This document shows positions 25,101-34,566 of a DNA stretch of 41,258 nt, piece by piece; the stretch's first letter is position 1, and every line of letters begins with the position of its first letter. The notes under the pieces were generated by a model, which was not told where the DNA came from, made no database searches, and saw only the letters and a list, made by a program, of their open reading frames with translations. The translations under genes were made by a program, and so were the position numbers. The stretch comes from an uncultured Candidatus Saccharibacteria bacterium (GTDB lineage Bacteria; Patescibacteriota; Saccharimonadia; Saccharimonadales; Saccharimonadaceae): NCBI GenBank assembly GCA_938049075.1, contig CALICZ010000127.1, positions 1 through 41,258 of the forward strand, in the 5' to 3' direction.

Positions 25101-26448
25101 CTGATGACCGGGAGATATCCCCCATCAACTCACGAGCACGCATCTCATAGCCTGGGCTCTTGCCCATACCTGCCTCAAAGTCAGCACGACGTAGATCTTT
25201 GAGAATGTTGTGCTTGTCAGTCACCCACTTCTGCATGAAGTTGTCTTTGCCTTCAACAAGCTTACTACCAAGCTTTGTCTTGTTCAAAGCGTCTTCAGTG
25301 GCATAGCCGGCCCTCTTGATACCACGCGAGAGGAATTGATCCAGCGTACCGATCACACCGTGCTTACTGAACTGATCCACACCAACAGCCTTGCTAAGAC
25401 CCTTACCAGCTAGTTTGTCAGCCCCACCAAGAGCTTTACCAGCTCCCTTGAGGACACCAGGGGCAGCAGCACCAACTGCAGCACCAAGACCTGCACCCTT
25501 CAGTACATCATCGATCTTAGCCTCTGAACCTTTGTTCATCAGCTCATTGTTAGCACCAAAGGCTGCACCAATAGCTGCGTCCTTACCGACGTTCTTAGCG
25601 ATTCCCTTGACGCCTTCACCACCAAGAGCCTTGAGACCTGCAGAGATACCACCCTTAGAGAATGCAGCCTTACCAGCAGCCTTTGCACCAGCAGAGAGGG
25701 CTTTACCACCGACACCAAAGGTAAGAGCAGAGCCAATAAGATCAGCACCAGCTGCGAGGTTTCGCACTGGGTCTGCCTTTTTCTTGGTTTCGTTCATGTA
25801 CTCTTTGTACTCACGAGAGGCTTTGTCGCCAAGCTTGCGGATACTGTTCATACCCTCTAGGGCACGCTGTCTATCTTCCTCATTAGTGGCTTTGTCTGCC
25901 TGCTCAGCTAGTTGCTTGATACGTTGGTAGCGATCACGACCAGCCTTGAGTAACTGCTCTTGGCGCTTCTTCTCCTCACCTGTCGCCCAGTTCCATGTTA
26001 GGGCGGCAGAGTCAGCAATAGTGCGAGCGCTCTGGGTGGCTGCATCAGAGATACCTTTAGCGACATCAGAGATGCCTTTCATCAGGTCAAAGCCACCACC
26101 CTTGCTCTTGTTGCCTTGCTGTTGGGCTTGCTTCTCAGCCTCCTTGGTCTTAGCCTTGATAGCCTCCTCCCGCATCTTAGCGGCAGCGTTTGCCTCCTCT
26201 TCCTTTTTCTCCTTTTTCTTCCTCATGTATGACTGCTTCATAAATGAGTTAAAGAACTCATCAGACTGTCCCAGAGAGCGAGCACCACGGCCCCTATATG
26301 AGGAGCGACCTCCACCACCACCTGTCATTGATGAGAAAAACGGATCGCCCCCGCCAGAGGAACGCCCACCACTATAAGATCGACCACCACCAGAGGAGCG
26401 GCCACCGCCGCCCCCTCCAGTCATGGCTGAAAAGAAAGGATCATCCAT
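22183..26448 (-). CDS. Large internal virion / DNA ejection protein with LPD38-like C-terminal domain
   Basis: 1421 aa. Gly/Ala membrane-spanning repeats; DFNEAG..GR..NAFIPYFNSSIQG...YKDIPEYEKQNNFII...NKDMYTGRDIV. Confidence 0.8.
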   Translation of the reverse strand: MDDPFFSAMTGGGGGGRSSGGGRSYSGGRSSGGGDPFFSSMTGGGGGRSSYRGRGARSLGQSDEFFNSFMKQSYMRKKKEKKEEEANAAAKMREEAIKAKTKEAEKQAQQQGNKSKGGGFDLMKGISDVAKGISDAATQSARTIADSAALTWNWATGEEKKRQEQLLKAGRDRYQRIKQLAEQADKATNEEDRQRALEGMNSIRKLGDKASREYKEYMNETKKKADPVRNLAAGADLIGSALTFGVGGKALSAGAKAAGKAAFSKGGISAGLKALGGEGVKGIAKNVGKDAAIGAAFGANNELMNKGSEAKIDDVLKGAGLGAAVGAAAPGVLKGAGKALGGADKLAGKGLSKAVGVDQFSKHGVIGTLDQFLSRGIKRAGYATEDALNKTKLGSKLVEGKDNFMQKWVTDKHNILKDLRRADFEAGMGKSPGYEMRARELMGDISRSSGQAASWLENNPNAQALSQSLLDRAAAGKGHRIRGSGADTKIGMRSGSSEQVSKEFDEYAKIRSEFDLMNAGKKDFSKEKVDNLNKRWQQLQDKGVNYEKEYNLLTNVYKDDLKNRLDNGLISKTKYDELANDGFDYVRVQREQPKWLTEKPNSGATSSRKASLSSSETLQKLDKHAEGEQLSPLQVMMDRVNNTHLEATRNKAASEIGEMLSQTGAGKYIRTTDMINEKRALLTKVAEGKQIAAKLNRTLRTNKNAANNLRKEITALKAEGRDKLTRKMNETVDYLDDLAKKNPNGVFSDRQMADVLTSMSSTELRRLSRKIATRDKNMQPFLDRIETLNGQLKTVHEANRKNWWDANSIKTNPSTGDIPTFSFLKDGEKNIVQTSPEIAHAIHGWGKQNVNALTEFARRTNQMFKAGTTGVNPGFAIPNFIGDQVESAINSKHVLSTHNPINFMRATMMAAGKPLTKKDAQILEQYAKFNSGGKEIDIYRKQKDAAGQVSDWINNAGKGGRSLEEMAKNPKEALGDISNVAKRAKVKTSEYINPMKAGKAAWEKFQDAVGLTEDITRIQNFRGTYNKALKDGMSESAALSHAKVASRENSIDFNEAGEIGRVANAFIPYFNSSIQGSRAMARTLRDNPVSASMKIAAIAGTPTVASTAWNLSDKDRAAVYKDIPEYEKQNNFIIVMPGAHKKEDGSYEGVIKVKKPAGVGAFVEPVRKFMEYQHATGKDLSDFLKENGGGLAMDFASDQGPVKFSRDGKFDLLSTAGSVVPVAVKPALEAALNKDMYTGRDIVSDKLAENPLEEQTSKQKSLLGSALANQLGVAPKHIDHFIKGQFGELGTNIQHAADRLAGADDEWAGGRSMDRSITRRFSGAAGGAATTAFYDAYNPASNARKKASEQVTSLIQQGKINEAKRRANEYNETIAKRFSSFMHDHADSAGYDDSWNDKINKLYLSTSVKSFKARAKQARKK

Positions 26449-26460
26449 CCTAGTAACCTC

Positions 26461-27270
26461 CTACATGTACCGATCGTAACCAAGTTTGTAGTCTTTCCAG
26501 TGGCTATCATTTGCGTACTGCCACATCTTAGAGGCAAAGCCACCAGCCCCACCAAAGCGGAGACCATTGTCTGCAGCGTATGCAGCAATCTGACGCCAGG
26601 TAGTAGGTGACACTTTGCCGTCACGCCCTGCGTTAGCTTGGAGCATAGCGCGAACACGTTCAACGATATTAGGAGCTGCCGCACCACCGCCACCATAACG
26701 CATAGATGCAAGACTTGCACTAGATGCTCGGCTTGCTGCGTTCTGCTGGGCTTGCCATGCACGCTGTTCACGAGCCAGAGCAAGTTGTCGCTGGTAAGCT
26801 TGCTCTGCCTGTTGTCGTTGAAACTCTCGCTGCTTCTCAGCTTCTGCTGCCTGGAAGGCACGAGCTGCTTCTGCTGCGTCCCAACTACGCTTAGCACTTA
26901 TGTCTGACTCACGGGTGGCAAAGGCTTTGTCGTAGACGTTCTTGTCAATGTCAGCCTTCTTACCGAGCAGGCTTGTCCTTGTATTAGCAATAGCAGCCTG
27001 AAGCTTAGCTAAGGCTGGGAGATATGTGGATGCGGTATACTCCGCCTGGGCATCAGGAGCGAAGCCTGAGAATAACATACCCTTATTTTGAGCAGACTGG
27101 GTGATCTTATTAAATGCACGATCCTTTGCTGCGCCTAATCCCTCAATCTGTGATTGCCCTGACTTTTCGTTGTTGGCAATGTCTGTGTCAATTAATTGTT
27201 TTTGAGGCTCAACCGACCTTCCGTATTCGGATACCAGTTGGTTGAGATCTCGTACTACTGGTGCGGCCAT
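26461..27270 (-). CDS. Internal virion (ejection) protein
   Basis: A/Q-rich helical protein, position typical of podoviruses. Confidence 0.65.
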   Translation of the reverse strand: MAAPVVRDLNQLVSEYGRSVEPQKQLIDTDIANNEKSGQSQIEGLGAAKDRAFNKITQSAQNKGMLFSGFAPDAQAEYTASTYLPALAKLQAAIANTRTSLLGKKADIDKNVYDKAFATRESDISAKRSWDAAEAARAFQAAEAEKQREFQRQQAEQAYQRQLALAREQRAWQAQQNAASRASSASLASMRYGGGGAAAPNIVERVRAMLQANAGRDGKVSPTTWRQIAAYAADNGLRFGGAGGFASKMWQYANDSHWKDYKLGYDRYM

Positions 27271-27319
27271 TTGTTTATTTTTGTCCTATTTGTTTTAAAT
27301 TTTGTCTAACTAGATTATA

Positions 27320-27715
27320 TCACGCCACTGGTGGTACAACCACTGATACCTCAAAGACGAACTCCTCATCGGCATTTGTTCTGTAGTTCTGTCTCCAGTC
27401 ATTGACGACAAAGACTGAACACCTGATGGTGTCTGCGGATGATCTAGTCACCGTGGCGTAGACTGGTAGAGTTACGTCCTCTCTGAAGTAGCGAAGGGTG
27501 GAACATACCTGGAACTGGTCACCATTCCTTCTAGAGGCAATACGTGAACGTACTAGCCAGCCATTGCCACCAACTCTCCATTCCTGGAAGGCTGTGGCAG
27601 TACCGTTGACTGGGATGTATGTACCAGCTGGGAGCTTCACAATGATCTGGTGACTGTTGGTTTCCTTAGTAGTGGCAAAGTCTGTGACGATTTGAAAGTT
27701 ATCTGGGTTATACAT
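27320..27715 (-). CDS. Virion tail-associated beta-rich protein
   Basis: Structural-module context. Confidence 0.65.
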   Translation of the reverse strand: MYNPDNFQIVTDFATTKETNSHQIIVKLPAGTYIPVNGTATAFQEWRVGGNGWLVRSRIASRRNGDQFQVCSTLRYFREDVTLPVYATVTRSSADTIRCSVFVVNDWRQNYRTNADEEFVFEVSVVVPPVA

Positions 27716-28403
27716 TACCGTAGATCCTATAGTGTAAACGTCGATTAATAGATGGGGCTGTGGCTGTGATCTCCAGGGTGTTCACAGTGGACTCAATACC
27801 GAGGCTGTCACGGCCTCCTCCGAAGGCAGCAGAGACATGGGGCTGCATATAGCCATCAATATCCGTCCATGCCATCACCTGAGGTCTGTAGCCAAGCCTG
27901 TGCTCCACAGTGTGCCTCCATGTTCCTTGATCAGGCTGCAGGTATGGGGTGTCCACGTAACCTTGATTGATGAGCTGCGGCTGGATGTAGTCTGTATTAA
28001 CCATGAAATCGTCCACGCCCTTATTGGTAGGAGAGAATACGTGGGTGTCCCCTACGTCAGTTGGTTTGAAGGCAAACACCCGGCAGTACAAGGATACGTT
28101 AGCCCTATCTAGTGAGGTGATAGTTAGCTCCACTACATTCTCATTAGCCCTGACACCAACACGAGGTGAGATGATCTCACCAAAGGACGGCAGAGCTGCA
28201 ACTGGGCCAGAGAAATATTCAAAGGCTAGGTTGAAGTTCCTATCAAATGACCAGTTGCCAAACACAAGAGGTTTGAACTTGAGACCATGAGGAATGCTCA
28301 CCGTGAGAGAGTACTGTCCATTGTTGCTGATTCTCAGGTCATCAATGATAAAGATAGTCTTATCAAGAGGATGATCCGAATTAAGGTTGAAGTCGTTATA
28401 CAT
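27708..28403 (-). CDS. Virion tail-associated protein with two internal repeats
   Basis: IPHGLKFKPLV and VEHRLGYRPQV repeats. Confidence 0.7.
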   Translation of the reverse strand: MYNDFNLNSDHPLDKTIFIIDDLRISNNGQYSLTVSIPHGLKFKPLVFGNWSFDRNFNLAFEYFSGPVAALPSFGEIISPRVGVRANENVVELTITSLDRANVSLYCRVFAFKPTDVGDTHVFSPTNKGVDDFMVNTDYIQPQLINQGYVDTPYLQPDQGTWRHTVEHRLGYRPQVMAWTDIDGYMQPHVSAAFGGGRDSLGIESTVNTLEITATAPSINRRLHYRIYGNV

Positions 28404-28879
28404 TACTGATCAATCAAGACCTTAAGGTCTTTACCTTCCACTGATGTCCAGACACCTGGTCGACCATCACGACCTGCCACACCAAACCGGTTGCGGTAGA
28501 TACCGCTGTTCGGGTCAACAGTAGTGATACCTTTGGTATCAATGAGAGTCATCTCCTTGCCCATGTCGTTACGGAACGACTGCTGGCCCGTGGTGAAATC
28601 CCAGGAGAACAGCAAGCCCTTCTCGCCAGCCTCATCAATATCGACACCAGGTAATGAGATCTTCATGCCGAAGTCCCCACCTGGCCAGCCAGACTTTTGG
28701 TAGCCCATGACAAACCGCTTTGTCTGCCCATCTGAATATGTCTGTGTCTTCAGAATAGCGTTGAGGCGGTTGATGATGTCATTGATTGCCGTGATCTGCT
28801 GCTCACGTGATGCGTTAGGAGGGACTGGGTTTAGTGTCCCCCCTGATAGTGATTGTCCTAATATACCTAGGTTAGCCAT
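28403..28879 (-). CDS. Virion tail-associated protein
   Basis: DFGMKISLPGVD motif; follows the nozzle gene. Confidence 0.65.
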   Translation of the reverse strand: MANLGILGQSLSGGTLNPVPPNASREQQITAINDIINRLNAILKTQTYSDGQTKRFVMGYQKSGWPGGDFGMKISLPGVDIDEAGEKGLLFSWDFTTGQQSFRNDMGKEMTLIDTKGITTVDPNSGIYRNRFGVAGRDGRPGVWTSVEGKDLKVLIDQ

Positions 28880-30870
28880 TAGCGTGCCCTTCCTGATTTA
28901 ATTACTGCTATGTAGCCGATGAGGAATATCGGTGTCTCCACCCCTTTCTTTTCAAACCTAAACTGGGTGGACTTACCTCGGCCTGACATTGGAGCTGCCT
29001 TCTGTACAAGAGACACAGAGCCCCATGTCTTGCCTCCACCCCAGGTGTCGCCCCCGCCCCAGGTACTACCTTCTGACGCCACGAGATAGTTCCTCATAGC
29101 TGGCTTGTTCTGTTCATCGATATCACGACCAATGAGCATATTGTAGCGTGACTGTGAGGCTCTCAGAACTGGTCTGAAGCGTTTGATGCGATCCTTGGCT
29201 GAACCTGATGTGTAGATCTTGTATGGCGTCCAGTACTTGAAGTCGATGGCTTTACCCATATCTGAGTAACCTCGCTCCCCTAGGAACACCCAGCCTGCCC
29301 GTGAGGATATCTCCAGTAGCTCTGTGCGGTCACCAATACGAGCTGGCATAGAGCCTGCTACTGGGTGTTCAGTGTCCAAGAACCATTGCTGGAACACCAT
29401 ATCGTACATCAGTACGCGGTCAACAAGGACAGAGGGTTTCTTAGCGTAGTGGATACGTAGCTGGTTGTTGTACACACTCATAGTGGCCGTATCGAGATTC
29501 TGGATTTTATCTAGCTCTGGTTGTACACGGTCAGAGATGAGTTGGTCAGACACACCATTGAAGCGGTAGATCTGGTTGTCGTCAGCCATGAAGTAGATAT
29601 AGTTACGGTCAGCATAGATGAGCTCCTGGCTCACCCCTCCCTTTGTGCCAACTGCCTCCTTCATGGTGAAGGTTGAGATGTCGTTACCGGAGAGGATGTA
29701 CTTGGTCTTTGTGGTGAATACTACGAGGTTGTCCTGGAACACTGTCCAGCCAATGATGTGATCAGCAGACTTAGGGTTCGGTACATAGAAGAAGTCGACA
29801 GAGCGATATGACTCGAACTCATAGAGGCCTGAGAAATCCACCCGGTTTGGGTCTTCCTTTTTCACCCAGAACAGACGGTTCTTGTGGGCGATCACATGGG
29901 TTGGCGTACCCGACATACCGCCAATCTTACTAGACCTTGTACCGTCATACCACATAGCTGGGGAGAAGCCATTGCACCAGATAGTCTTGTCATCGATCTG
30001 CTCAAAGCGGTACTTAGTGGCTTCTGCTGGTTGGTTCTCTGCGATAGGTGAACCAGCACCCACCCCCTCGTCTTCAGTAAGTTCAGATAGGGCGTACACG
30101 CCATTGTTAAAGGCCACAATAATCTTATTATTACCGTTCTGAGGGCGACGCCTTGTCCACCCTTTCACCCTACCTTCCTCGGCGACTTCAAGGTCATATG
30201 GGAACGCTGGGCCTGGTGTCCACACATTACCTGATGTATTCGACTTGAAGCCTCCTGTGTTACCTGTCATGCCCTTAATGTGGTACAACCCAGTACCTTC
30301 ATCCTGAATATACACTACAATCCAGTATTGAGTGCTATGCTTCAGGTAGGGAGCGTCAATAAACTTGGCTGCCACCTTAGTGTATGTGGACGTCACACGA
30401 GAGAGGGTGAAGGATGATTGGGCAATAACCTTATCAGGCTTACCCGCCTTGTCGTCTCGAATCTCCACAAGAATCTGCCCCGCTGCCCCGTCATTACGCT
30501 TAATCATTAGAGTGAGCTTGGAGGCAATAGCCTTGATACCATAGTCATTAATCTTAAATGGCGTGGCTACCCAGTTCACCTTGTCGACAGGGATGTCAGC
30601 TTTGGCGTCGTCAAAGTTACCGTGCATAGCGTCAAACGCATTGATTGGGGAAATGTAGGCCTCACAACCCTTACGTGTGGACATAGCTGGCCGGTGATCG
30701 TTCTCAGTACGAGACTGCATACGACAGTTGATAGCGTATGGAGACTCATTCTTAGGGACAGTACGAGATGACGCAATGAGGTTGATACCGCGCAGGTCAT
30801 ACACCTCATCAATAGTTTGCTTGGAGGTTTTAGTGATCGGTCGCTTTTTCTTAGTGATACCTGAGCGCAT
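28879..30870 (-). CDS. Tail nozzle / tubular protein B (P22 gp10, T7 gp12-like beta-propeller)
   Basis: 663 aa. GIN..S...KNESP.A.N N-terminus, propeller repeats (HKNRLFW, FQDNLVVF). Follows the adaptor. Confidence 0.78.
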   Translation of the reverse strand: MRSGITKKKRPITKTSKQTIDEVYDLRGINLIASSRTVPKNESPYAINCRMQSRTENDHRPAMSTRKGCEAYISPINAFDAMHGNFDDAKADIPVDKVNWVATPFKINDYGIKAIASKLTLMIKRNDGAAGQILVEIRDDKAGKPDKVIAQSSFTLSRVTSTYTKVAAKFIDAPYLKHSTQYWIVVYIQDEGTGLYHIKGMTGNTGGFKSNTSGNVWTPGPAFPYDLEVAEEGRVKGWTRRRPQNGNNKIIVAFNNGVYALSELTEDEGVGAGSPIAENQPAEATKYRFEQIDDKTIWCNGFSPAMWYDGTRSSKIGGMSGTPTHVIAHKNRLFWVKKEDPNRVDFSGLYEFESYRSVDFFYVPNPKSADHIIGWTVFQDNLVVFTTKTKYILSGNDISTFTMKEAVGTKGGVSQELIYADRNYIYFMADDNQIYRFNGVSDQLISDRVQPELDKIQNLDTATMSVYNNQLRIHYAKKPSVLVDRVLMYDMVFQQWFLDTEHPVAGSMPARIGDRTELLEISSRAGWVFLGERGYSDMGKAIDFKYWTPYKIYTSGSAKDRIKRFRPVLRASQSRYNMLIGRDIDEQNKPAMRNYLVASEGSTWGGGDTWGGGKTWGSVSLVQKAAPMSGRGKSTQFRFEKKGVETPIFLIGYIAVIKSGRAR

Positions 30871-30872
30871 AT

Positions 30873-31526
30873 CTACCTCCAGCCTGCACCACCACGTCGG
30901 TTAGACTTCATACGAATAGGGCCAACATGCTGCATCGCACGTGACTCATTGCGCACAAATGTGGTTATGAGGGCATCATTGTCATCAGCCTCTTGAGCAG
31001 CTTCTTGGTAGTCCTCGTTCATTTTCATGATCTGCACTGTCGCACCATTCACAACCATCTGCTTGTAATTGTCTGGGATGACAAGTACTGGATTGTCGAT
31101 AGTGGCAGGAGCTGGGCGTCGTATATAATCTAAGACAAGCGTGCCAGCCTCTGCAGCAGGCGCTGAGAGACGGATCTTATTGCCGTAGTAACACCATTCA
31201 CAAACACGCTGAGGCGAGCTGTTAGTGGGGTCTGGGAACGTTTCAGAGAACACTGCGTACTCTAGCCGGTCATTCCAGATAGAGTATGATTGGTTGCCTG
31301 GGATACGCACCACTGCGTTCAGGGATACCTGATGGTCTTCAGGAAGAGGGATGTCGACAGCCCCAGCACTGAATGGGATCGCCACCGTAGTCTCCATGAA
31401 GGCGATGCGGTTGTTGTTGAGGACTTCAGCGATGAATGAGTTGATAGCTTGATCGATGTTGTCGCCATCGTACTCGAGGTCATCAAGCTTCTTTCTCACT
31501 AATTGTCTTACTTCTTGTAATGTCAT
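30873..31526 (-). CDS. Head-tail adaptor (tubular protein A-like)
   Basis: MTLQEVRQLVRKKLDD...LPED...IRLSAP...LDY.RRP...IPDNY. Confidence 0.8.
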   Translation of the reverse strand: MTLQEVRQLVRKKLDDLEYDGDNIDQAINSFIAEVLNNNRIAFMETTVAIPFSAGAVDIPLPEDHQVSLNAVVRIPGNQSYSIWNDRLEYAVFSETFPDPTNSSPQRVCEWCYYGNKIRLSAPAAEAGTLVLDYIRRPAPATIDNPVLVIPDNYKQMVVNGATVQIMKMNEDYQEAAQEADDNDALITTFVRNESRAMQHVGPIRMKSNRRGGAGWR

Positions 31527-31568
31527 ATTTGTTTCCTATATTAGTACTAGGTATATTCTATCATATAG

Positions 31569-31598
31569 AAAACACCCTGATGTGGGGTCAGGGTGTTT
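31569..31598 (-). terminator. Intrinsic terminator after the capsid operon
   Basis: AAACACCCTGA/TCAGGGTGTTT 11-bp stem with T-tail on the - strand. Confidence 0.8.
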
Positions 31599-31644
31599 CG
31601 CATCGATGCGCTACCATAGTAGCAAAGGCTTGTTGGGATGTCAA

Positions 31645-32043
31645 CTAGAACCGTTCCCAGTCGCCGACCGCTTCGACAACCTGCCAGTAGTCTGCGCTAC
31701 TGCGCACGATCTTGATGTAGTCACCGATGAAGGCGTCCTCTTTCTTGAGACGAACCTTCTTAGTACTAGTTTGACTATCGAGACCAAGGAATGGGCCGTC
31801 AAGGATGATACCGACCGGGTTACGTGCACCTAACGGGTTACCCGGGGTCACCAGAGAACCAGTGTTACGGATTGTGAAGGTCATCCCAGCGTGGGTGAAG
31901 CTCGGGGTTTTCAAGGTGATGTCGCTACCGTCCCCTTCAACACTAAGCACACTGTTCTTGTACTGATCCAATGTCATGTTTTGGTCGACTGGCATAGCCC
32001 GTACACGAGCAGTCTCGTCAATTGGGACTTTGTAGTTATCCAT
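31645..32043 (-). CDS. Putative capsid decoration / fibre protein
   Basis: ITL.TP....GMTFTIRN...GDYIKIV...W.V....G.W beta-sandwich pattern. Confidence 0.6.
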   Translation of the reverse strand: MDNYKVPIDETARVRAMPVDQNMTLDQYKNSVLSVEGDGSDITLKTPSFTHAGMTFTIRNTGSLVTPGNPLGARNPVGIILDGPFLGLDSQTSTKKVRLKKEDAFIGDYIKIVRSSADYWQVVEAVGDWERF

Positions 32044-32045
32044 GG

Positions 32046-32483
32046 CTACTTAGCCTCCTTGTTTTCTGCCTCCTCAGGCTTCGCAGCTTCTGCTGTCTCT
32101 GCATCTGCTGCGGCCTTCTCGGCTTCGTTAGCTTCAACCTTCGCTTTCAGTTCAGCGTTCTCTTGCTCAATGAGCGCGAGACGGGCAGCGATACCCTTTA
32201 GTTCAGCAGCTTGCTCACCGACGTGGGCAGCAGTGTGGTTTACTGACTCAACGTTCTTGAATGGTACAAAGTCTGACTCTTCAGCAGGCCGCTGGAATAC
32301 GTACCCAAGGCGGGTGACAGCAGCAGCTTGAGCGTCGCCATACAATGCATCGTTTTGGCAGATCATAGTGTCTAGGATCTGACCTTCCTCACCCTTGAGC
32401 ACATACACGCCCTCAGGGAGGAGACCCGTGCTGGAGGTCTCAGCAGAGCTACCAGCACGCAAATTTTCTACTTCTTGATTCAT
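32046..32483 (-). CDS. Capsid-operon hypothetical protein (coiled-coil, acidic tail)
   Basis: GAGGAG RBS, directly after the capsid gene. Confidence 0.75.
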   Translation of the reverse strand: MNQEVENLRAGSSAETSSTGLLPEGVYVLKGEEGQILDTMICQNDALYGDAQAAAVTRLGYVFQRPAEESDFVPFKNVESVNHTAAHVGEQAAELKGIAARLALIEQENAELKAKVEANEAEKAAADAETAEAAKPEEAENKEAK

Positions 32484-32506
32484 TATAGAAACTCCTCGTT
32501 AATTTA

Positions 32507-33340
32507 TTAGGCGGTTGTGTGGATTTGGATACCAACACCCTTGTTCTTCGGGATGAAGCAGTCGTAGTAACGACGACCCTCAGCAACCCAACCATCGATA
32601 CCCTGGACTTCGTCGAGCGTACGGATCATGTTGAACTTAGTAGGCGCAACCAAGGTGTCTTTGTGGATCACCATGAAGGCGAAGTTAGCAACGAAGTAGC
32701 TCGATGGAGCGGTAACGATAGTAGCACCGTCAACCTGACCAACGATACCGCTCTTGAGGTCACGGTAGCTAGTGTCACAGTCACGGATGAACTCTGGGTC
32801 ACGCTTGAGCAGTGCGTAGAAGGTCTCAGTCATGTAGATGTAGCGACCCATCTTAGGCACTTTGCGTTCAGTGACTTTAACCTGGGCATCAAGGAGTGAC
32901 TTGTAGGCGTTGGTATTCGTCACAGCAGCCACAGTCTTAGCGCTGTTAGCAGCAGCGTAGGTAGCTGCAACGTTCAAGCGGTAGATGTCAGTCGTTGGGA
33001 CTGAAACCTCACGCACCTGACGCTTCACAGCCTTGTCGACCTCTTGGGCCATCTTGCTGTCCTCAAGGTTACCGCGGTCAACGGTGAAGGTAAAGGCCTT
33101 GTCCTGCGAGAGAACGAAAGTTTGCGTACCAGTACCAAGCTCTACGAGAGCACCGAAGCGGTTCGCACCAGTACGGACGTAGTTGCTTTCCGTCACAACG
33201 TCAACGTTGTAGATAGTACAGCTGTTAGCACCGTTGTAGTCCAAGCGGATGCTGTTGTTGATAATAGGCTTGGTGATACTGTCGATAGTGAATCGCTCGT
33301 CAATAGTACCAAGCACGTTTTGGGCATAGTTCTGTGCCAT
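32507..33340 (-). CDS. Major capsid protein (HK97 fold)
   Basis: 277 aa; LSQDKAFTFTVD..., D.YRL, VP..GR, GIVGQVDG, EGRRYYDCFI. Follows the scaffold. Confidence 0.88.
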   Translation of the reverse strand: MAQNYAQNVLGTIDERFTIDSITKPIINNSIRLDYNGANSCTIYNVDVVTESNYVRTGANRFGALVELGTGTQTFVLSQDKAFTFTVDRGNLEDSKMAQEVDKAVKRQVREVSVPTTDIYRLNVAATYAAANSAKTVAAVTNTNAYKSLLDAQVKVTERKVPKMGRYIYMTETFYALLKRDPEFIRDCDTSYRDLKSGIVGQVDGATIVTAPSSYFVANFAFMVIHKDTLVAPTKFNMIRTLDEVQGIDGWVAEGRRYYDCFIPKNKGVGIQIHTTA

Positions 33341-33363
33341 TGTTTGTTTTCCTTACGATTAGC

Positions 33364-34125
33364 TTAATAATCGTCAGACGCAAAGTATGCAGCTCGATCG
33401 TACTCTGCAGGCTTCTGTGTTTGCGTGATAGAAGCACTGCGAGGCGATGCAGCTGCAGCCTGACTTTCTTTAGCAATTCGTTCCCGCTCAGCGCGGGCAG
33501 CTTCAGCTTCAACAGACGACAGGTCGGGTTCAGTGGCAAGGCGAGCTTTCGCTAGCATATACCAATCGCCCAGATTATCAGGGTTTGTCCAGAAGTCGTA
33601 AGCAGCGCGCCCGCCCTTATCAATTTTTTCCTTAAGGATCTGACCCATCATATCAGCCTGTTCGCTCGTCACGTTATGTTCCTGGAAGAACTCACCGCGG
33701 AGACGGTTCGCACGCTCTTCGTAGAACATGCGCTCCAATCGGTTTTGTTGTTCCTGATATGGATCATACTCGCCGTCGCCTTGCTTATCATATGGCTCTG
33801 GCTCCACTTCACGTAACGTCTTTTCAACATCATGTCGTGCAGTTTCGCTTTGCCGTGTACGCGTGTATTCACGCTGGCTGTCGCGGATCTCTTGGTATAA
33901 CTCACGCTCCCTATCCGTAGTAGGAGCAGAGCGGCCCGTCTTAGCAGCCCATTCGTCAAGGTCACTGTCGAAGGTAGGAGTGCTCTCTGCTACCTCCTGT
34001 TGTCCGTCGACTTCAGGGGTCTCAGATTGCGTTGATGTATTTTCCAGGTTGTTCTCCGTGGGGAGAGTCTGCTGGTCTGTCACTTCCGCCTGCGGAGCGT
34101 CAGTGGTTGTAGACTCATTGTCCAT
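33364..34125 (-). CDS. Capsid scaffolding protein
   Basis: Acidic, helical, immediately upstream of the capsid gene. Confidence 0.75.
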   Translation of the reverse strand: MDNESTTTDAPQAEVTDQQTLPTENNLENTSTQSETPEVDGQQEVAESTPTFDSDLDEWAAKTGRSAPTTDRERELYQEIRDSQREYTRTRQSETARHDVEKTLREVEPEPYDKQGDGEYDPYQEQQNRLERMFYEERANRLRGEFFQEHNVTSEQADMMGQILKEKIDKGGRAAYDFWTNPDNLGDWYMLAKARLATEPDLSSVEAEAARAERERIAKESQAAAASPRSASITQTQKPAEYDRAAYFASDDY

Positions 34126-34194
34126 CTATTTTTCCTTTGGCTTTTTATTTTTAACGATTGCTAGCTGCAACTAGCAGCTTCACCCAAAATGATA

Positions 34195-34551
34195 TCAATT
34201 ATTTATTCTTTGGTCAATATAGGATATCAATTGCTCGATCCCTTTCGCCTGGTCGAGCTCGCTACACCTCTCTTCAGGAGAGAGACGGTACTCCTCGTTG
34301 ATCTTATTACCATTACTGTCGACACCATTTTGACGCATACCAACGCCGTCTCGTGCGATCTGGTTGTGGTAATCAACGAAGCGGCGAGCTTTCTCGAGGA
34401 CGTCAAGGAGTGCAGGGTTGGTCTTATTGGCCTGGTAGATAGCCTTCACTCGCCTGGCCTCATCCTCACGCTCCTTGCGCTTTCTATTGTGGGCCTCAAT
34501 GACCTGCTTGCGTCGGTTCATCTCATCGATGTCTTCTTGTGGTATTTGCAT
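34195..34551 (-). CDS. Hypothetical protein between portal and scaffold
   Basis: AAGGAG RBS; position typical of Bbp19-like genes. Confidence 0.7.
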   Translation of the reverse strand: MQIPQEDIDEMNRRKQVIEAHNRKRKEREDEARRVKAIYQANKTNPALLDVLEKARRFVDYHNQIARDGVGMRQNGVDSNGNKINEEYRLSPEERCSELDQAKGIEQLISYIDQRINN

Positions 34552-34566
34552 GGATTGCTCCTTTCT

